NCBI GenBank assembly: GCA_019058295.1
Contig: JAHPZI010000028.1
Location: forward strand, 139,715-203,714
DNA: 64,000 bases
Direction: 5' to 3'
DNA from: Promethearchaeota archaeon
GTDB taxonomy: Archaea > Asgardarchaeota > Lokiarchaeia > Sigyniarchaeales > SOKP01
This document shows positions 48,068 to 57,931 of the stretch, piece by piece (position 1 is the first letter of the stretch; the number at the start of each line of letters is the position of its first letter). The notes below the pieces were generated by a model. That model worked only from the letters and a program-made list of their open reading frames with translations, was not told where the DNA came from and searched no databases. The position numbers were made by a program, and so were the translations under genes.

Positions 48068-50326
48068 TTAGCTGGAAGATTTTAATTCTAAAAGTAAATT
48101 TTCATCAATTTCTTTTATTAATGGTTTTAATCTACTGCTTAGAATTTTTTGAATTCTATTTTTTAACAAATGTTTTTTATTTTCTTTTTGAATTTCGTCA
48201 ATTGTGGATTTAGCAATACTCTGCCCCATTTTACCTAGCTCTACTAACTTACAGTGAATTCGATTTTGACTGTTAAATTTTTTAATAGGACTTTCTAGTG
48301 GAATTTTAAATATGTGCCTAGAGCTTTTCTTGATTTGAATTTGTTCAGTCATAATCTTAGAATTCAGAATTGCCACGAGATAATAAGCCTCATCAATATT
48401 CTCAGTGGCGTAAAAGCTTAAATCTCCAGTAATTAAAAAATTTCCCTGAATTACTGCTGAATTTAGAATTGAGCCGGAATTATTATATACCACTTTAATT
48501 TTTGATAATTGTCTTTTATTTATCAGTTTTGACCATCGATTTAGGTTATCCATCAAAGAATTATGATATGTAGTATCTTTCTTTAATCTTAAATAGATTT
48601 TGTTAATTTTATCATAGAATTTTTTCGCATTTGGCATTAAATTATTGTAATTAAATTGCAAATCTATTTTAGAAAGAGGTAAAAAAGCATTATAATAATC
48701 ATAGACATGAAATTTGACCAATTCTGTACTCTTAATTATTTTGAAAAGATACTCTTTCTCAATAATTTCATTTTTATACTCTATTTCATTCCAAGGAGCT
48801 TTTGCTCTTTTGAAAATTCTATCATCTGGATTAATATTGACTAAAGTATCGTTAATTTGATTACCCTTGATAAAAATTAAGTTTCTTGGATTTAAATCTG
48901 CTCCTTTATGAAATAAATTTTTATAATCACTTTCTATAGAAGGGAATAATTCCTTTTTTTGTTTTTTAAGAATTAGTTTTTTAGTATAAACTTTATTACC
49001 TTTATTTTCAATTGAATAAGGAACTAGAGTCTTAATTTCTTTCAGTTTCAATTCTACCTTAGTAAAGTAATTTATATTACTATTGTCATTATTTAACGTG
49101 AAATGATAAGCTGGTAGTTCTAAATTTAAATTTGGTTGAGGAATTTCGGATTTTTGAGCATAAATGCATATAAAATCAATGTTAAATATTTTTTCAATCT
49201 TTATATCAAAAGTCCAGAATTTAACATTCTTAAAACCTTTAAAATTGCGAAACCGAGATGCATGGGAGCCAGTTATTACCCCTTTGGTTATTACAAAAAA
49301 TATTTTGGCATTTTTCTTCATAAAAACTTTTGATTGATAAAAGAAAAGTGCTGCAATCTCAATGTTTAGTATGTTTTTTGGTCTCGGTTTAATTTCAAGT
49401 TGTTCTGCTAACTTTTTTATTTTTTCTTGATACTGAGAAGATTCTATATCTCTAAAAGTATACCATGGTGGATTTCCTATAATAAGATCAAACCTATTAT
49501 TCTCAATAATTTGAAATAATGAATCTGCTACATATAAATTGATGTGTGAGTTTTCATGAGTAGCAAAATCTTTCAGAACAATTATAAAATTAATTTTAGT
49601 AATAAAAATTGAAATTGGATTAATATCAAAACCATAAACATTATTAATAGCTAAAATTTTTTCTTTTTCGCTTTTATTTGCTGAAATTATTTTACTTAAT
49701 ATAACAATCAAGAAATTTCCTGACCCACAACACGGATCAAGAACCGATTCTCCAAATTTATAAGCTTCATTTACCATCTTTTCTACTAAGAATGGAGGAG
49801 TATAATATTCTCCTGATTTATGTCTAAGTAATGGAGAAATTATTTCTTGAATCAAATAATCAAATCTATGTTCAAGTTTAATATCTAAATTAAAGATATG
49901 TTCAGCTAGATTACAAATTAATTCGTTATATGAACTAAAATCTTTATTTTCATATATTTTACATAATGGATGAAAATATTCAAAATTAAACAAATTGAGA
50001 GTTTTAAATTTCTCTTTTATGAATTTTTGGCAGTTTTCAAAAAATTTAGCATTTATATTATGATAATTAATAGATTTGTTTCTATTTATAATATATTTAA
50101 AGATAAAAATATGGCTAACGAAATATAGCAGAGAAAATGTAATATATAATTCAATATTTACGCTTTTTGGACCGTATATTGATTGAAAATCGGTATACCA
50201 GCTTTTATAATGGTTATTATTATGAATCTTTTTTTCAATTATAAATTTCTTTAAGTTTTCAATTTCTTCATTTAAAGTATCTAATTTAAGTTTATTATCT
50301 TTAAAATATTCTAATATTCTAAACAA
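48068..50326 (-). CDS. N6-adenine DNA methyltransferase (gamma class, Eco57I/type IIG-like, with target-recognition region)
   Basis: GEYYTP, LDPCCGSGNF, GFDINP, IGNPPW. Confidence 0.88.
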   Translation of the reverse strand: MFRILEYFKDNKLKLDTLNEEIENLKKFIIEKKIHNNNHYKSWYTDFQSIYGPKSVNIELYITFSLLYFVSHIFIFKYIINRNKSINYHNINAKFFENCQKFIKEKFKTLNLFNFEYFHPLCKIYENKDFSSYNELICNLAEHIFNLDIKLEHRFDYLIQEIISPLLRHKSGEYYTPPFLVEKMVNEAYKFGESVLDPCCGSGNFLIVILSKIISANKSEKEKILAINNVYGFDINPISIFITKINFIIVLKDFATHENSHINLYVADSLFQIIENNRFDLIIGNPPWYTFRDIESSQYQEKIKKLAEQLEIKPRPKNILNIEIAALFFYQSKVFMKKNAKIFFVITKGVITGSHASRFRNFKGFKNVKFWTFDIKIEKIFNIDFICIYAQKSEIPQPNLNLELPAYHFTLNNDNSNINYFTKVELKLKEIKTLVPYSIENKGNKVYTKKLILKKQKKELFPSIESDYKNLFHKGADLNPRNLIFIKGNQINDTLVNINPDDRIFKRAKAPWNEIEYKNEIIEKEYLFKIIKSTELVKFHVYDYYNAFLPLSKIDLQFNYNNLMPNAKKFYDKINKIYLRLKKDTTYHNSLMDNLNRWSKLINKRQLSKIKVVYNNSGSILNSAVIQGNFLITGDLSFYATENIDEAYYLVAILNSKIMTEQIQIKKSSRHIFKIPLESPIKKFNSQNRIHCKLVELGKMGQSIAKSTIDEIQKENKKHLLKNRIQKILSSRLKPLIKEIDENLLLELKSSS

Positions 50327-50483
50327 ATACTATTACTCCATTTTCTTTTTAAACTTATTAATCTATTTATCATTACCATTAAATAAAATTAATATTATTA
50401 TTAAACCAGAATTAAATTAAAATTAATTAACATTATCTATTAAATTATTTAATAATAATAATAAAAAAGGAGTTATTTTTATT

Positions 50484-51089
50484 TTGACCACAAGTGAAAT
50501 TAACCTTTCCAAAGAACTCGAAAATGGAAAGGAATTTTCATGTAAGGCTTGTGGAGCTTGTTGTCGAGGATTGCTTGAAGGAGAGGTGTATCTCTATAAA
50601 GATGATATTGTTAGGCTGGTAAAACATCTAAAATTAAAAGGGGAATTAGGATTAAAAGAATTTGCCAGAAAATATGTAAATATCATTGGTCAAACATTTT
50701 ATTGGAAAGAACCCGGAGCAAAAAGAGGTCGGAATTACAAATTTAAAACTCTAGCTTTTAAATTTACAGGAGATGACGAACATTGCTTTTTTTTAGATGA
50801 TAATAATTTATGTACTGTTCACAAAGCTAGACCATTCCAATGTCGTTGTTTCCCTTGGTGGCGAATGATGGTAAATTCGTCTTCTGGTTGGAAAAATTTA
50901 ATAGATTATTCAAAAAAATGTCCAGGGTTACGTGATTCTCTTTCAAACAAAGGAAAGTTTTATTCCCGCGATGAAATCTTAAAATGGGCGAAAAGGGAGT
51001 ATGAGATTGAAAAAAAGTATTTCTTGGAAATGAAAAAGAATAATTTTGATATTTATAGAGTTTATGAATTTCTTCCGAAAAATGAATAG
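50484..51089 (+). CDS. YkgJ-family cysteine cluster (CxxCxxCC) protein
   Basis: CKACGACC, CFFL, CTVHKARPFQCRCFPW, CPG. Confidence 0.88.
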   Translation: MTTSEINLSKELENGKEFSCKACGACCRGLLEGEVYLYKDDIVRLVKHLKLKGELGLKEFARKYVNIIGQTFYWKEPGAKRGRNYKFKTLAFKFTGDDEHCFFLDDNNLCTVHKARPFQCRCFPWWRMMVNSSSGWKNLIDYSKKCPGLRDSLSNKGKFYSRDEILKWAKREYEIEKKYFLEMKKNNFDIYRVYEFLPKNE

Positions 51090-51158
51090 AAAATTTAATA
51101 TTGACTTATATTTTTGATTATTATAGAAAGAAAAGGAACTAAAATTTTTAAAACTTAA

Positions 51159-53549
51159 ATGATTGGACTTTTTTTATGTGATTGCGGAAAAAATATTAGT
51201 GGTGTTATTGATAACGATAGATTAAAAGAACATTTTGAGAAATATCCCGATGTATATGTTTTAGGCAATCAATACTTATGTTCAGAAACAGGATTAAGCG
51301 AAATTAAGGAAGCAATAAAAGATTATAAAATTGATCGTGTTGTCATTGCTGCTTGTTCTTTTAAATTACATGGACAACTATTTCGCAAGACAATTGAGGA
51401 AGCAAATATTAATAGATTTCTTATTGCATTTGCTAATATTAGAGAGCAGAATTCATGGGTTCATCCTGATGAACCAGAAAAAGCAACTCAAAAAGCAATT
51501 GATCAAATTAATATGGCTATAGAACAAGTCAAACTCTTAAAACCGTTAAAAGTTCAATATTCTACTGTTACTCCAGCCACATTAATTATTGGTGGAGGTA
51601 TAGCAGGGATTAAAGCAGCGATGGTAATTGCGGATGCTGGATATAAAGTTTATTTAGTAGAAAGAGATCTTACAATTGGAGGCCATATGGCTTTATTTGA
51701 TAAGACTTTTCCTACATTAGATTGTTCGATTTGTATTTTGGGACCATTAATGAGTGAGGTTAAAGACCATCCAAATATTGAATTAGTAACATATTCTGAA
51801 GTTGAGAAGGTTGAGGGCTATGTTGGGAATTTTGATGTAGCTATAAAAAAACACCCTCGCTTTATTGTAGAAGAAAATTGTGTTGGATGTTTTGATATAT
51901 GTCGAGAAGTTTGTCCCATTGATGTTGAGGATACCTTCTTTCCGAGAAAAGCAATAGATGTTCCTTATCCTCAAGCAATCCCGCTTTTCCCTAATATAAT
52001 GGAAGATTATTGCATCGGATGTAAAGCATGCCAACAAGCATGTGGAGATAGAGACGCAATTGATTTCGATCAAAAACCAGAGACTATTAATATAAAAGTA
52101 GGAACGATAATTGTCGCAACAGGTTTTAAAACATTTGATCCTTCTTTGCTCTCAGAATTAAATTATCAGAAATATCCCGATGTAATAACCTCAATGCAAA
52201 TGGAACGATTATTAAATAATGATGGTCCAACTAAAGGAAAAATTGTGAGACCATCAAACGGTAAGCCTCCGAAAAAAGTTTCTTTTATTTTATGCGTTGG
52301 TTCAAGAAATAAACAAATTAATCACGAATATTGCAGCCAAGTTTGTTGTAATGTGGCAATTAAACAAGCAGTTTTATTAAAAAACGAACATCCTGATATT
52401 AAAATTAATATTTATTATACAGACATAAGGGCTGTGGGTAAAAATTGTGAAGAATTTTATAACAGAGCACGAGAAGTTTTTGGAATAAGATTTATAAAAA
52501 GTAATGTTTCAGCAGTATTAAAAAGCGATACATCTGATGAATTGTTAGTCCGTGGTGAAGATGTTATCGAGAATCGTCTTTTCGAGAATAAAACAGATTT
52601 GGTAGTTTTAGCTGTGGGTACTGAACCTGCAGAAGGAACTGATAAATTAAGCCAAATATTGAATATCTCTCAAGATCCTTATGGATTCTTACTTGAAAAA
52701 CACTTAAAAGTTAAACCTTCAGAAACATCCGTGAATGGAATATATCTAGCAGGAATGATCCAAGGACCAAAAGATATTCCTTCAAGTATAGCTCAGGCAG
52801 AAAGTGCCGCAGCTAAAGCAATATCTTTAATAGCTGCCGGGAGAGTCGAATTAGATCCACATATAGTCTATTTCGATTCAGAAAAATGCGATCTTTGTAG
52901 GTTGTGTGAGAATATATGTATTTATAATGCTATTAACATTAAGGGAAAAGAATTAAATATTATTCAGGCAAATTGTACTGGATGTGGTGCGTGCGCTGCA
53001 ATGTGTCCTCAAGATGCACTTTATATTCCCGGGTTTACAAAAAACCAAATTTCGTCTCAATTCAAATCTATATTAGAGGAGAAAAAGGAGTTTCCGTTAA
53101 TTGTAGGATTTCTATGTAATTGGTGTTCTTATTTAGGTGCTGATCTCGCAGGTACAAGTAAATTAATGTATCCTACAAATATTAGAGCAATTCTTGTTAT
53201 GTGTACGGCAATGCTCGATCCCTCTTTAGTATTTGAAGCTTTTTTTAATGGGGCGGATGGAGTCTTGATTGCTGGATGCCATGAACAAGACTGTCATTAT
53301 AAAGAAGGATTTATAAAAGCTAAGACAAGATATGAAAGCATAAAAGAAATGCTAGCTGAATCAGGTATAAATGAAAAAAGAGTAAAGATTGTGAGTATAT
53401 CTGCAGGCGAAGGTGAAAAATTTGCTCAAACCATCTCGGAATTTAAAGAAGAATTAGAGAAATTAGGTCCCATTAAACCAGAAGAATATAAGCACGAAGT
53501 AATGAGAGAGGAAAAAGTAAAGGAAAAAGCTCATTTGGATGAAATCTGA
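51159..53549 (+). CDS. hdrA: Heterodisulfide reductase subunit A fused to MvhD
   Basis: GGGIAG, DKTFPTLDC, CVGSR, YCSQVCC, ferredoxin motifs; C-terminal FLCNWCSY.GAD...VMCT...GCH..DCHY. Confidence 0.93.
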   Translation: MIGLFLCDCGKNISGVIDNDRLKEHFEKYPDVYVLGNQYLCSETGLSEIKEAIKDYKIDRVVIAACSFKLHGQLFRKTIEEANINRFLIAFANIREQNSWVHPDEPEKATQKAIDQINMAIEQVKLLKPLKVQYSTVTPATLIIGGGIAGIKAAMVIADAGYKVYLVERDLTIGGHMALFDKTFPTLDCSICILGPLMSEVKDHPNIELVTYSEVEKVEGYVGNFDVAIKKHPRFIVEENCVGCFDICREVCPIDVEDTFFPRKAIDVPYPQAIPLFPNIMEDYCIGCKACQQACGDRDAIDFDQKPETINIKVGTIIVATGFKTFDPSLLSELNYQKYPDVITSMQMERLLNNDGPTKGKIVRPSNGKPPKKVSFILCVGSRNKQINHEYCSQVCCNVAIKQAVLLKNEHPDIKINIYYTDIRAVGKNCEEFYNRAREVFGIRFIKSNVSAVLKSDTSDELLVRGEDVIENRLFENKTDLVVLAVGTEPAEGTDKLSQILNISQDPYGFLLEKHLKVKPSETSVNGIYLAGMIQGPKDIPSSIAQAESAAAKAISLIAAGRVELDPHIVYFDSEKCDLCRLCENICIYNAINIKGKELNIIQANCTGCGACAAMCPQDALYIPGFTKNQISSQFKSILEEKKEFPLIVGFLCNWCSYLGADLAGTSKLMYPTNIRAILVMCTAMLDPSLVFEAFFNGADGVLIAGCHEQDCHYKEGFIKAKTRYESIKEMLAESGINEKRVKIVSISAGEGEKFAQTISEFKEELEKLGPIKPEEYKHEVMREEKVKEKAHLDEI

Positions 53550-53622
53550 AAGACTTTTCAAATTATTATAAAGTTCTCTTAAAACATTAATCTTTATTAT
53601 ATTTAAAAAATTAAAAACTATT

Positions 53623-54732
53623 ATGAAAGAGAATGGAAATAATAGATATGTGATTGATTCATTTCATTCTAAAACCTTAGAAGGAAATCCTTTAGGGACA
53701 ACTGCTGATCGAGATATTTTGGTTTATTTACCTCCTGGGTATTTTGATAACAAAAAAAGAAGATATCCTGTGATATACTTTCTTCATGGTTATGGTGGTC
53801 ATAATCACAATTGGACTATAGCATCAAAAGATTCAGAAGATAGTGTTGATTATTGGAAAATCCTCCCTAAAAAATATTTAAAAGAAATCGATGTTGATAG
53901 GGTATTAGATTTTGAAAAATTAGACGATTTAATTGCAAGCGGAGAATTGGATCCTATTATATTTATACAACCAGATGGAAGTCTCCATGCACCCCATAAA
54001 CACGGTCTACGTGATTTTACAAGAAGAATCATGCTCAAGGGTAGTTTTTACATTAATTCTCCACATACGGGTAATTATAGGGATTATATCATAAATGATG
54101 TTATAGATTATATTGATAATAAATATCGTACCATCTCAGATAGACAACATCGAGCTATCATGGGTGGTTCTATGGGTGGCTATGGTACGCTAAATTTAGC
54201 TGTCCACCATCCTGAAAAGTTTATCTCTGCAGTATCGTTAAGTCCTGCAGATTTCAGTGGTTTCGGATTAACACAAGTAAAGTTAAGAATTCCTATATTT
54301 ACGAGACTATTTGGTGAAAAATTTTCGAATCAACTCGGAGATTCCGAAATGGACGATATTTTAGATACAATGGATTTGATTACATCTAAAAATAATCCTT
54401 TACTTCCATCCATTAAAAATGATAGTGAAGGAAATGTTGTTGATTATAATAAGGAGGCATTAAATAATTGGTTAAAACATGATATTAATAAATTAGTAAG
54501 AGAAAACCCAGAAGCCTTCAAAAAAGTTCATTTATATTTAAGTTGTGATCTTGAAGATGAATTTAAATTAGCTGATGGAGTCAAAAAATTACATGAGACT
54601 TTAAACGAATTAGACATCCCTCACGTGTGCGATTTAGACCGTGATCCCAAAGCTGCTCTCACACCCCATATGTTGGGAATCGGTTATAGATTTCTTCCAG
54701 GAATCAAATTCTGCTTACAATATTTTTCCTAA
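53623..54732 (+). CDS. Esterase family alpha/beta hydrolase
   Basis: VYLPPGY, YPVIYFLHG, GGSMGG. Confidence 0.88.
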   Translation: MKENGNNRYVIDSFHSKTLEGNPLGTTADRDILVYLPPGYFDNKKRRYPVIYFLHGYGGHNHNWTIASKDSEDSVDYWKILPKKYLKEIDVDRVLDFEKLDDLIASGELDPIIFIQPDGSLHAPHKHGLRDFTRRIMLKGSFYINSPHTGNYRDYIINDVIDYIDNKYRTISDRQHRAIMGGSMGGYGTLNLAVHHPEKFISAVSLSPADFSGFGLTQVKLRIPIFTRLFGEKFSNQLGDSEMDDILDTMDLITSKNNPLLPSIKNDSEGNVVDYNKEALNNWLKHDINKLVRENPEAFKKVHLYLSCDLEDEFKLADGVKKLHETLNELDIPHVCDLDRDPKAALTPHMLGIGYRFLPGIKFCLQYFS

Positions 54733-54817
54733 AAAAGAAAAATAAAAAATACGAAAACGGAACCATATTGAAAAAGAAAATTATATTTAAATAATTCCCT
54801 CAATAATTTAATAACTC

Positions 54818-55609
54818 ATGATTAATGCAATTCTTAGTAAATCCTATCAAAATTTAAAAAAACTCTCAGTTGATTCTCATTTAATAAATCAAATAATTTC
54901 AAAAAATCTTTTTCTTAGATTAATTCACTATATAGCCGGAATTAATTTAAAGAAAGAATCTATAAAATGTAAAAAAATAGATGATTATATAAATTTAGCA
55001 TTTTCATACCAATATTCTCTCTTTAAATGGTTTCCCTATAAGATCACCTTAGAAATTTTCCAAAAAAAAAAAGAAATAAGGAAACTATGTAAACTAATTT
55101 CTAAAATACGAGCAAAAGTAATTCTTGAAATCGGTACAGCTCAGGGAGGAACATTATTTTTATTAGCAAAATTAGCAAACTCAAATAGTGTTCTTTTAAG
55201 TATGGCGTTGCCTAATGTTGGAAAAAGTGAGGGATATTTCCCTTACCGAATTCCTTTATACAAATCATTTGCCACCAATAATCAAAAAATCCGCTTGATT
55301 AGAAAGAATTCCCATAATCCTGCTACATTAGTCCAAATTAAAAAGATATTAAAAAACAAGGAGATTGACATACTTTTTATTGACGGAGATCATAGCTACG
55401 AGGGTGTTAAACAAGATTTTGAAATGTACGCACCTTTAGTTAAAAAAAATGGAATCATTGTCTTTCATGACATAGTTGTTATTCCCCCTAAATATAATTG
55501 TAATGTTAATAAATTTTGGAACGAAATCAAAAAGTCTTACGATTATAAAGAATTTGTTGAGGATTGGGAACAAGGTAATTGTGGGATTGGAGTTATATTT
55601 AATAAATAA
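54818..55609 (+). CDS. Class I SAM-dependent methyltransferase (Methyltransf_24-like)
   Basis: LEIGTAQGGT, LFIDGDHSYEGV..D, VFHD. Confidence 0.88.
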   Translation: MINAILSKSYQNLKKLSVDSHLINQIISKNLFLRLIHYIAGINLKKESIKCKKIDDYINLAFSYQYSLFKWFPYKITLEIFQKKKEIRKLCKLISKIRAKVILEIGTAQGGTLFLLAKLANSNSVLLSMALPNVGKSEGYFPYRIPLYKSFATNNQKIRLIRKNSHNPATLVQIKKILKNKEIDILFIDGDHSYEGVKQDFEMYAPLVKKNGIIVFHDIVVIPPKYNCNVNKFWNEIKKSYDYKEFVEDWEQGNCGIGVIFNK

Positions 55610-55732
55610 TTATAAGAGAATAAAAAAAAAAACGAGCTTGATATAGCTAACTTATGTATTTTTCAAAAAGATTTTTTAAATTTAATTTCTACTAGTTGTA
55701 TGAATTAAAATTTTTTTAAATTCAAACTAATT

Positions 55733-56194
55733 ATGACTGAGATTAACCTTAAAAAGGGAAGAAATAAGAAATTGATATTTTTCAATGATGCTGTTGAATA
55801 TTTTGATAAATTCGATACCCAAGAAATATTTATTGATCGAAGAAGGAATGAATCAGACAATCTTACCAATCCGAACCAATTGAGAGATCTAATGTTAGAC
55901 GAATTAAATAATTTAAGAGATTTAATTGCTAATAATCCCGATTTGAAATTTAAAGCATTAACTAAAGAACAGAAAAACTTTTTCTATGATTTCATTAATT
56001 TCTATTCAATATGCCCTGTTTGTGGGAATTACAATCATTATTCGCATCTAAAGAGATTCTACTTTGACGAGAGCACTACCTCAATAAAGCATAAATTAAT
56101 AAGATTAATGAAATTAAAAAGTAAACTACAAAAAAATTTTAATGTGAATTTTGGAATTCCCTGTTGTAATTGCTTCAAAAAAAATTTCACGTAG
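55733..56194 (+). CDS. Hypothetical Zn-binding protein
   Basis: CPVC...CCNC. Confidence 0.65.
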   Translation: MTEINLKKGRNKKLIFFNDAVEYFDKFDTQEIFIDRRRNESDNLTNPNQLRDLMLDELNNLRDLIANNPDLKFKALTKEQKNFFYDFINFYSICPVCGNYNHYSHLKRFYFDESTTSIKHKLIRLMKLKSKLQKNFNVNFGIPCCNCFKKNFT

Positions 56195-56222
56195 AAATAA
56201 AAAGTAATAAGTGTGGTATTTT

Positions 56223-56555
56223 TTACTCTAAATAGTCTACAACTTTACCGAACTGACTTATCTCGTAAAATATTTCATCTTCTCTTTCAAGAAGATTAAT
56301 ACAAAAAGCTTTGATTAAAAAATCTATATTATAATTAAACATAGATTCGTCGCTAATAATTTTATTTTCTAAAAGTGTTTTTAATAATTCCTTTTTTGAG
56401 ATTCGGCATTCTTTATTAATAATATTTAAAATCTCCCTACGAATAGGGTGATTTACGGCTTTCAAATAAAGATCATGTAAATATCTAACCCCCTCAACGG
56501 ATTTATTAAACTCATCTGGGCTTTCATAATTTTTAAAATCAAATTCATCTGGCAT
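56223..56555 (-). CDS. ArsR-like winged-helix protein
   Basis: KAVNHPIRREIL...YNIDFL...YEISQFG. Confidence 0.75.
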   Translation of the reverse strand: MPDEFDFKNYESPDEFNKSVEGVRYLHDLYLKAVNHPIRREILNIINKECRISKKELLKTLLENKIISDESMFNYNIDFLIKAFCINLLEREDEIFYEISQFGKVVDYLE

Positions 56556-56727
56556 TATCTTATAAAAATTATTTAAAATGAAAAAATTTTACCTCATTTT
56601 TTAGCATAATTTTTAAATCTCAGAAGCTAATATAAACCATCCAAATATTTATAAATATTCTGAACTAAATATTTTAATATTAGTAGAATCACTAATAATA
56701 AAGATTTAACAAAAAAGAAAAAAATAG

Positions 56728-56988
56728 GTGAAAAAAATGGGAAATGCAATGGGCATTTTAGGCTTAGTATTTGGACTAATTGGATTGCTTCTAAGTGTTC
56801 TTATTATTACAGTCGTAATAGGTCTAATTTTGGGCATTTTAGGCCTCATATTTTCGATAATAGGAATAGTTACATGTGATTCAAAGGTACCGGGTATAAT
56901 TGGATTAATTGCTTCAATAGGGGCTATTGCTATAGCTCTTGCAGTAATTATATTTATTGCAGCTTTGATTGGTAGGGCTTCTGCTTAA
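56728..56988 (+). CDS. Small Gly-rich membrane protein (DUF4190-like)
   Basis: GILGLVFGLIG...GLIFSIIG...GIIGLI. Confidence 0.7.
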   Translation: MKKMGNAMGILGLVFGLIGLLLSVLIITVVIGLILGILGLIFSIIGIVTCDSKVPGIIGLIASIGAIAIALAVIIFIAALIGRASA

Positions 56989-57146
56989 AAAATATTAAAT
57001 CTTTTTTTTTTTTTAATTGTTCGGTTTTAGTTCGTATAATTAGCTAACTAAAAAATTGGACTCCAAATTATTTTATAATATCGCGTTTATATATATATTA
57101 TAAAAAAATTGGACTAAATGAATTTAATAATCTCTAAGTGATATAA

Positions 57147-57830
57147 ATGTCAAAAAAGGATTTTATACCAGATCCTAACAGAAATCCATATAGGGTAAGA
57201 AATTCACCTCAATCCCAAAATAATCCGGGAAACCCCGAATTTATTGATTTTAATACTCAACGGGTTTGTCCTTCTTGTGGAGGAGTTATTAAAATCACTC
57301 ATAACTTTTGTAAATATTGCGGCGTAGATCTCAGTCGTATTGAAGCAATTGGTACTGCTGATGAAATTTCCAAGCAATTAGCAATAACCGCTGTAACAGA
57401 TCCCAATGCTGAAGTTAGGAAAGAAGCTGTGGATACTCTTGGAAATTTTGGAGATACAAAAGTTCTTGGTGTTTTAACTTATGTCATGTTACATGATCTT
57501 GATCCAGAAGTGCGAAGAGAAGCAGTTGATGAATTAGGAGATTTACATCACCCTTATTCTTTAGAGGTATTGGCTAAAGCTCTTAAAGATGAATCACCTG
57601 AAGTAAGAAAAGAAGCAATAGAGGGTTTGAAAAAGATAAAAAAGAAGGTTAAAGAGAAAAAAATGGAAAAAGGAAAAGCTTCAGAGAGAGGAAAAGTCGA
57701 CGATAAAGAAGAAGAGGATAAAGAAGAAAAGGACAAAGAAAAAAAGGACAAAAAAGAAAAGGACAAAGAAGATAAGGACAAAAAGAAAGATGATTTAGAG
57801 GATGATAATAAAGAAGAATTTTTACTTTAA
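57147..57830 (+). CDS. Zinc ribbon + HEAT-repeat protein with charged K/D/E tail
   Basis: CPSCG...CKYCG; three D...EVR.EAV..LG repeats. Confidence 0.85.
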   Translation: MSKKDFIPDPNRNPYRVRNSPQSQNNPGNPEFIDFNTQRVCPSCGGVIKITHNFCKYCGVDLSRIEAIGTADEISKQLAITAVTDPNAEVRKEAVDTLGNFGDTKVLGVLTYVMLHDLDPEVRREAVDELGDLHHPYSLEVLAKALKDESPEVRKEAIEGLKKIKKKVKEKKMEKGKASERGKVDDKEEEDKEEKDKEKKDKKEKDKEDKDKKKDDLEDDNKEEFLL

Positions 57831-57931
57831 ATACTATTTTTTAACTTTTTTACTTTTACAACAAGTTTTAATATTATTTCCTTGTTTAAATTTCAATCTT
57901 CAGAACTAGGAAAATTAGGTAACTTTCTTTT

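Noticed and set aside
51159-53549. Selenocysteine recoding in HdrA/MvhD (known in Lokiarchaeia)
   Set aside because: The ORF is uninterrupted, with Cys at AACS and CNWC, and no in-frame TGA or evident SECIS.
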